NCBI GenBank assembly: GCA_963722075.1
Contig: CAVRJM010000001.1
Span: 1,248,001-1,312,000, forward strand
DNA length: 64,000 bases
Reading direction: 5' to 3'
From: Candidatus Babeliales bacterium
GTDB lineage: Bacteria > Babelota > Babeliae > Babelales > JANWKD01
Numbering within the stretch: position 1 is the stretch's first letter; each line of letters starts with the position of its first letter. This document shows positions 59,404 through 64,000 of this stretch, one piece after another. A program made the translations under genes and the position numbers. Under the pieces are notes generated by a model, which saw only the letters and a list, made by a program, of their open reading frames with translations, made no database searches and was not told the origin of the DNA.

Positions 59404-60531
59404 CTAATTATTTTTTAAAATCCACTCAGCAATGATCTGCATTACTGTTGGTGCTATTGTTTCTTTTATCGTAGCATATTCGGCTAATGCACCTGTTTTG
59501 CATGTTTGAAACATATGATTCAAATTTGGTAATTCGATAAATGTACAATTATTATTCCCCGAATCGTTGAATGCTTGCTGCAATATAGGAAATGTTTTTT
59601 CACATGACACTATTGTATCGTGTGGACTTGCGATTACCAAGACAGCGCATTGCATTTCCTTAAGCATGTTACGAGGATCATAATAAGTAAAAAAGCGATA
59701 GCTTGGTGCCGTTAATTTCTCAATAAGCATATCAGCATTTTCTTGAGTAAAAGCAAAAGGTAACTTTTTTGCTTCTTCTTGTTGTGATGTGGGTAAACTC
59801 TGTAAGTATTGCATAATTACTTTGTGGATCATCTTTTGTGCTTTAGGCTGATCAGCTTCTTCTTTAATAATGTTGTAAACAATAGTCCGCACATGCTTAT
59901 CGCGTTCAATAAAATCATGACTTGCGCCATCGGCTTGCAATTGTAATCCAGCTTGATAAATCAAATCGTGAACGCCAAGTGCAACATGAGGTGCCATAAG
60001 AATAGCAAAAGCGATATTTTTGCATTGTGATGCTACTAAAGATGCTATTAACCCTCCTTCGCTAAAACCAATAAGTCCGATTTTTGCTGAATCAATTTCT
60101 TCACGTGTTTTTAAATAATCGATACCAGCCATAACATCACGCGCAAGGTCTTCGCTCGTTACTGTTGACCAATCACCCGTTGATTGCCCAACGCCTCGTT
60201 TATCGTATCGTAATACGGCAATCCCTTGTTGTGTTAAATATTCTGCAAGCACCTTAAAATAAGTATGTCCCATACCGGTTAAGTTGCGATCGTTTGGACC
60301 AAAACCTGCAATTAAAATAACCGTTGGGAAAGATGTAAGATTGTTGGGTACGGTTAAGGTACCAGCAAGGGTAATATGATCGATGGTGTTTTCAAAAAAG
60401 ACCTCTTCTTGATGATATGTTATTTGGTTTTTAGAATTCATTGTTTTTATTCTTTCAATAATAAGATTATTTGTTTTTACTTGTGTAATAAAAAAGAGCA
60501 GGCAGAACGCCATGCACTGTGTTTTATGCAT
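59404..60531 (-). CDS. Alpha/beta hydrolase
   Basis: LAGTLT.P, RYDKRGVG, GFSEGG nucleophile elbow, LNHMFQ; start uncertain. Confidence 0.88.
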   Translation of the reverse strand: MHKTQCMAFCLLFFITQVKTNNLIIERIKTMNSKNQITYHQEEVFFENTIDHITLAGTLTVPNNLTSFPTVILIAGFGPNDRNLTGMGHTYFKVLAEYLTQQGIAVLRYDKRGVGQSTGDWSTVTSEDLARDVMAGIDYLKTREEIDSAKIGLIGFSEGGLIASLVASQCKNIAFAILMAPHVALGVHDLIYQAGLQLQADGASHDFIERDKHVRTIVYNIIKEEADQPKAQKMIHKVIMQYLQSLPTSQQEEAKKLPFAFTQENADMLIEKLTAPSYRFFTYYDPRNMLKEMQCAVLVIASPHDTIVSCEKTFPILQQAFNDSGNNNCTFIELPNLNHMFQTCKTGALAEYATIKETIAPTVMQIIAEWILKNN

Positions 60532-60783
60532 GAAAATTCCTATGGAATTAATAACATTAAAAATTAATAAATGAGAAAAGTAGATAACTACCCACTTTTT
60601 TAACAAGCGGTTCTATAGTAAAAATTGATAAAAGTTGGTAATTAATTGAAAAGAATAAAAACTTTCATAAGCTACCCGAATTCTTTCTAGTAAAGGGTAA
60701 TGGAGATATTATTTTAATAATAGCAGGAAAATTGATACAAAACAAAAAAATTTAATGATTCTTACAATAGACTCAAAATAAGT

Positions 60784-60828
60784 AAAAAAACGGAGTCTGG
60801 ATAAATTTTCATCCAGACTCCGTTTTTT
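60784..60828. terminator. Bidirectional terminator
   Basis: AAAAAAACGGAGTCTGGAT...ATCCAGACTCCGTTTTTTT. Confidence 0.85.
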
Positions 60829-61620
60829 TTATACATAATCAAGACGTTTTTTTAAATTGCGAATTCCCACAATAAAGCAAAAAGCTGAGAAAATAAGTAT
60901 TACGCCAATGCATATCCAAAAATTAAGATAGCCTTCTTGCCCTAGTAGTGCTACTCGTGCGGCTTCAGTAATATAGATCATGGGATTGAGCAAATTAATA
61001 TACGCAGCAATCGGCATTACTTTATATAATGAAAGCCAAGAAAATTGAAAACCACCCATGAACCACATAGGGAAAATATAACGCATCCAAATATTTTCCA
61101 TTTGCATGATGTTTGGAATCTTGCTGGCTGCCCATAAAACAAATCCTGCATAAAAGATATTTTGTACCAGTAAAATAATTAGTAATTTGCCATACTGTAT
61201 CGTAGTTAAATCAAACTGATTCCATAATGCTAATTTACCCATGGGAAGTATAAGCAGTGTAAAAATGAAATAGATAATAAAATAATAAATAGCTTTACAA
61301 AGTAAAACGAACCATGAAGGTATAGGAAGTGTTAGATAGAAATTGATAATGCGCTCACCTTCTAAATCTGAGATAAATTCCACTACACTTGTATACATGG
61401 TAAAAAGACCTCCGGCACCAATCATAGCTGCATATTGAAACATACCAAAATTAGCATTTAAACCAAATAATGGCATAACATAGGCGGTTACAATTAAACT
61501 CATTATCACCCATATAGCTAGGTTGATAAGTTTATCTAAAAAACCTTGTTTGAAGACGGTCATTTCTATTTTTACTAGTTGCGCACAAATAGTGGCATAT
61601 GATTTTATATTTGTATTCAT
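60829..61620 (-). CDS. ABC-2 type exporter permease
   Basis: Six TM segments, LTLPIP, LNPMIYITEAAR. Confidence 0.85.
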   Translation of the reverse strand: MNTNIKSYATICAQLVKIEMTVFKQGFLDKLINLAIWVIMSLIVTAYVMPLFGLNANFGMFQYAAMIGAGGLFTMYTSVVEFISDLEGERIINFYLTLPIPSWFVLLCKAIYYFIIYFIFTLLILPMGKLALWNQFDLTTIQYGKLLIILLVQNIFYAGFVLWAASKIPNIMQMENIWMRYIFPMWFMGGFQFSWLSLYKVMPIAAYINLLNPMIYITEAARVALLGQEGYLNFWICIGVILIFSAFCFIVGIRNLKKRLDYV

Positions 61621-61661
61621 ATAATCAATCTTCGTTTAAAAGTTTTACAAAAAGGTAAAGA

Positions 61662-61750
61662 TGTCATTGCGAGCTTGCGCGGCAATCCATTTATGAAAAT
61701 AAAGACTTTTATTTACTCACTGGATCCCCACGCTTACGCTCGGGATGACA
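61662..61750. repeat. Inverted REP doublet inside the ABC operon
   Basis: TGTCATTGCGAGCTTGCGCGGCAATCCA, spacer similar to that at 38697, then CTGGATCCCCACGCTTACGCTCGGGATGACA. Confidence 0.85.
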
Positions 61751-61812
61751 ATTGTTTATTTTTACTTACTTGACCCATAGTATTGAGTTTATCAAAGTGA
61801 ATCTCATGGCTA

Positions 61813-62544
61813 TTAACCTTCGTTTAATAGGTTAACAAATAGATCTTCAAGATTTTTTTGTTGAAAATCAGCCATTAATTTTTCAGGGACATCAATTAAT
61901 TTTATTTGTCCTTTATCCAAAATACAGACGCGATCAGAAAGCTTTTCTGCTTCATCAAGATAATGGGTAGTTAATAACACCGTGATGCCATTATTTTTAA
62001 GATCTTTAATTATTTCCCATAAATTTCTTCTAATATGCGGATCTAAGCCCACTGTTGGTTCATCAAAAATGATGATTTCGGGTTGATGGATCAAGCTGCG
62101 GGCAATCATAAAGCGTTGTTTATAACCACCAGATAAAACGCCGGCATTTTTAGATAGATATTGCTGTAGATTCAGTTGTTTTGCTAAAAGATCAATACGT
62201 TCTTTTATAATCTCTTCAGAAAGACCGTATAATTTACCGGCAAAAGTAAGATTCTGTTCCAGCGTAAGTGCATTATTTAGATTTGGATGTTGCGGGCAAA
62301 AACCGATTTTAGACCTGAAAAAGGTAATATCATTATAAATTGAACTGCCATTATATTCGATATCGCCGCTGGTTGGTGGATGTAAGGTGGCAATGATTGA
62401 TGATAAAGTTGTTTTGCCTGCGCCATTAATACCCAGTAGTGTAAGTATTTCGCCTTGATATATATCTAAGTTTATTCCTTTTAGAACGGGAGTAGCACCA
62501 TAACTTTTTTGTATATTTTTAATTTTTAATACAATATTTTGCAT
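61813..62544 (-). CDS. ABC-2 exporter ATP-binding protein
   Basis: GINGAGKTT, LSGGYKQR, DEPTVGLDP, TTHYLDEAE. Confidence 0.93.
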   Translation of the reverse strand: MQNIVLKIKNIQKSYGATPVLKGINLDIYQGEILTLLGINGAGKTTLSSIIATLHPPTSGDIEYNGSSIYNDITFFRSKIGFCPQHPNLNNALTLEQNLTFAGKLYGLSEEIIKERIDLLAKQLNLQQYLSKNAGVLSGGYKQRFMIARSLIHQPEIIIFDEPTVGLDPHIRRNLWEIIKDLKNNGITVLLTTHYLDEAEKLSDRVCILDKGQIKLIDVPEKLMADFQQKNLEDLFVNLLNEG

Positions 62545-62847
62545 GATTGTAACTATTTTTGATTTTTAAAATAGTAAAAATGTTATTACTGTTTTAAAAA
62601 GGGGGTGTAATGAATGAAATAAAATAACAGAGTTTAATTATTATTATCCGTAAAAGAAAATTAATAATTAAAGTTAGCGGATGAAGGTGCTTGAAACTTT
62701 CATGACTTTTTTCTCCTGAAATGAGAGAAATGTTTTATAGATTATTTTATCATATTAAATATATTTTAATATTTTGTCAAATTAATCTTGTTCTTTATCG
62801 GGGGCAAATGCATTTAAAGTATTGAATTCAAAAAGTTTAAATGGAAT

Positions 62848-62919
62848 CCTGGATTGCTTCGACAAGCTCGCAACGACGTTCTTTTCGACCGTCGTCCCGA
62901 GCATAGCGTGGATTCAGGC
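62848..62919. repeat. Back-to-back two-family REP unit
   Basis: Same layout and trailing AAGTTAATAT as the 37205 unit. Confidence 0.85.
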
Positions 62920-63042
62920 CAAAGTTAATATTCTTTTAATAAATTCACTTCCCTAAAAACATTCAGGCAGGTATGCGAGCAGTGTCCATGAACCGATTTT
63001 GATGATACTCTTAAAAATATGATTTTGTTATAAATATGGGAT

Positions 63043-63633
63043 TTGTTGATGAAAATGGACAATATGCAAATACAATTTTTATATGAAAAGAGTAATTTAA
63101 AAAAAGCTCCTATTACTACACCGCTTGGCTCTATGATTGCCATAACTGATGAATCATCATTACATGCATTAGCCTTTGCTGATGGTGTGAATCGCGGGCG
63201 GGAATTTAATGTTATTAATCGTGCGGCGGATGCATCAATTACTAATGGGCGCACTGCCATTTTAGATTTACTGGAGCAGGAACTCGCCTATTATTTTGAA
63301 GGTTCTTTAACAGCGTTTAAAACGCCTATTAGTTTAAAAGGCTCCTTGTTTCAAACTACGGTGTGGCATCAATTACAAAAAATTCCTTTTGGCAGCACGG
63401 CATCATATAGAGAAGTTGCAGCAGCGATTGATAAGCCAACTGCATATCGGGGGGTGGCACAAGCGAATGCTACTAATCATTTGGTAATTATTGTTCCTTG
63501 CCATCGGGTGATTACCAGTAATGGAACCTTGGGCGGCTTTAGCGCAGGGCTCCATAGAAAAGAATGGCTTCTGAATCATGAGAAAAATAGTTCAATTTTT
63601 GCTAATAGTATTGAATCCATAGGGTTTATTTGA
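63043..63633 (+). CDS. ogt: Methylated-DNA--protein-cysteine methyltransferase
   Basis: FQTTVW..L..IPFG, IIVPCHRV, KEWLL.HE; the true start may be a few codons downstream. Confidence 0.9.
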   Translation: MLMKMDNMQIQFLYEKSNLKKAPITTPLGSMIAITDESSLHALAFADGVNRGREFNVINRAADASITNGRTAILDLLEQELAYYFEGSLTAFKTPISLKGSLFQTTVWHQLQKIPFGSTASYREVAAAIDKPTAYRGVAQANATNHLVIIVPCHRVITSNGTLGGFSAGLHRKEWLLNHEKNSSIFANSIESIGFI

Positions 63634-63925
63634 CAAATAAGATTATTTGGTGTAGGATATAATTATAGTATAATCTTTAACCTGGATATAAATATGATAC
63701 TCTCTCATTTGGAATCTATCCGAACCACTTAATAAACCCAGTACAACAGTATTGTTATTGTGCTGGGGATTTACAAGAATTATCTCTCAGATCTCTTCTA
63801 ATTCCCCTTTGTTATTAATTAAAAGCGCATAAGCCGTGGGCAAAGGCTGGCCTTGTCAGGCATAGTTTGCCGAGCTCGAAGGCCCGGATAAGCTAAGACT
63901 GGCGCTTATTTTAAAGGGGTATCTT

Positions 63926-64000
63926 ATGATACATATTAAAAATTTAACTTATTTATTTGGTACACGAAAACTGTATGACAATCTGTCCTGTTCTATACTA
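63926..64000 (+). CDS. 5' end of an ABC ATPase (ABC-F-like), cut by the window edge
   Basis: MIHIKNLTYLFGTRKLYDNLSCSIL after an AAGGGG RBS. Confidence 0.45.
   Translation, partial: MIHIKNLTYLFGTRKLYDNLSCSIL

Noticed and set aside
3755..60567. Many antisense or nested ORFs (e.g. 3755, 5432, 6190, 6964, 11976, 19981, 22834, 26053, 37467, 43422, 53025, 56341)
   Set aside because: Shadows of well-supported genes on the other strand or frame.
63830..63905. GC-rich stretch as a tRNA or ncRNA
   Set aside because: No cloverleaf or T-loop; it resembles the nested palindrome modules at 10313 and 29561.
1..64000. Alternative genetic code, prophage or rRNA
   Set aside because: Conserved genes end at TGA at normal lengths; no phage hallmark genes or rRNA-like sequence seen.

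Overview
AT-rich bacterial chromosome segment read with the standard code. Gene content points, by inference, to an obligate intracellular parasite of protists, most like Dependentiae/TM6 (Babeliales): an NTT/Tlc nucleotide translocase, a deoxynucleoside kinase, type-2 ValRS, Chlamydia-like tgt plus yhhQ, and many signal-peptide proteins with ankyrin, F-box, WD40, SET or C2H2 domains. Housekeeping genes (rpsA, two ndk, murI, valS, tyrS, glyA, tsaD, rpe, lepB, tgt, ogt) alternate with orphan secreted proteins. The window also holds one intact IS701-like element plus an internal fragment of it, about 24 intergenic CGTC-type REP-like hairpins, and several gene scars. I saw no rRNA, tRNA or CRISPR array. 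Main leads: (1) a cluster at 19.9-21.8 kb of secreted Cys-rich peptides, two with a near-identical leader, around a GRDP/DUF1399-like protein (candidate new RiPP or metal-peptide system); (2) at least 15 unrelated orphan or eukaryote-like proteins whose signal peptide is followed directly by a Met (mostly M-E/D/N), a candidate effector-sorting or host N-terminus mimicry code; (3) a modular REP system with covarying stems; (4) a triplet of tail-anchored coiled-coil paralogs. All family calls come from motifs recognised by eye; no database searches were run.
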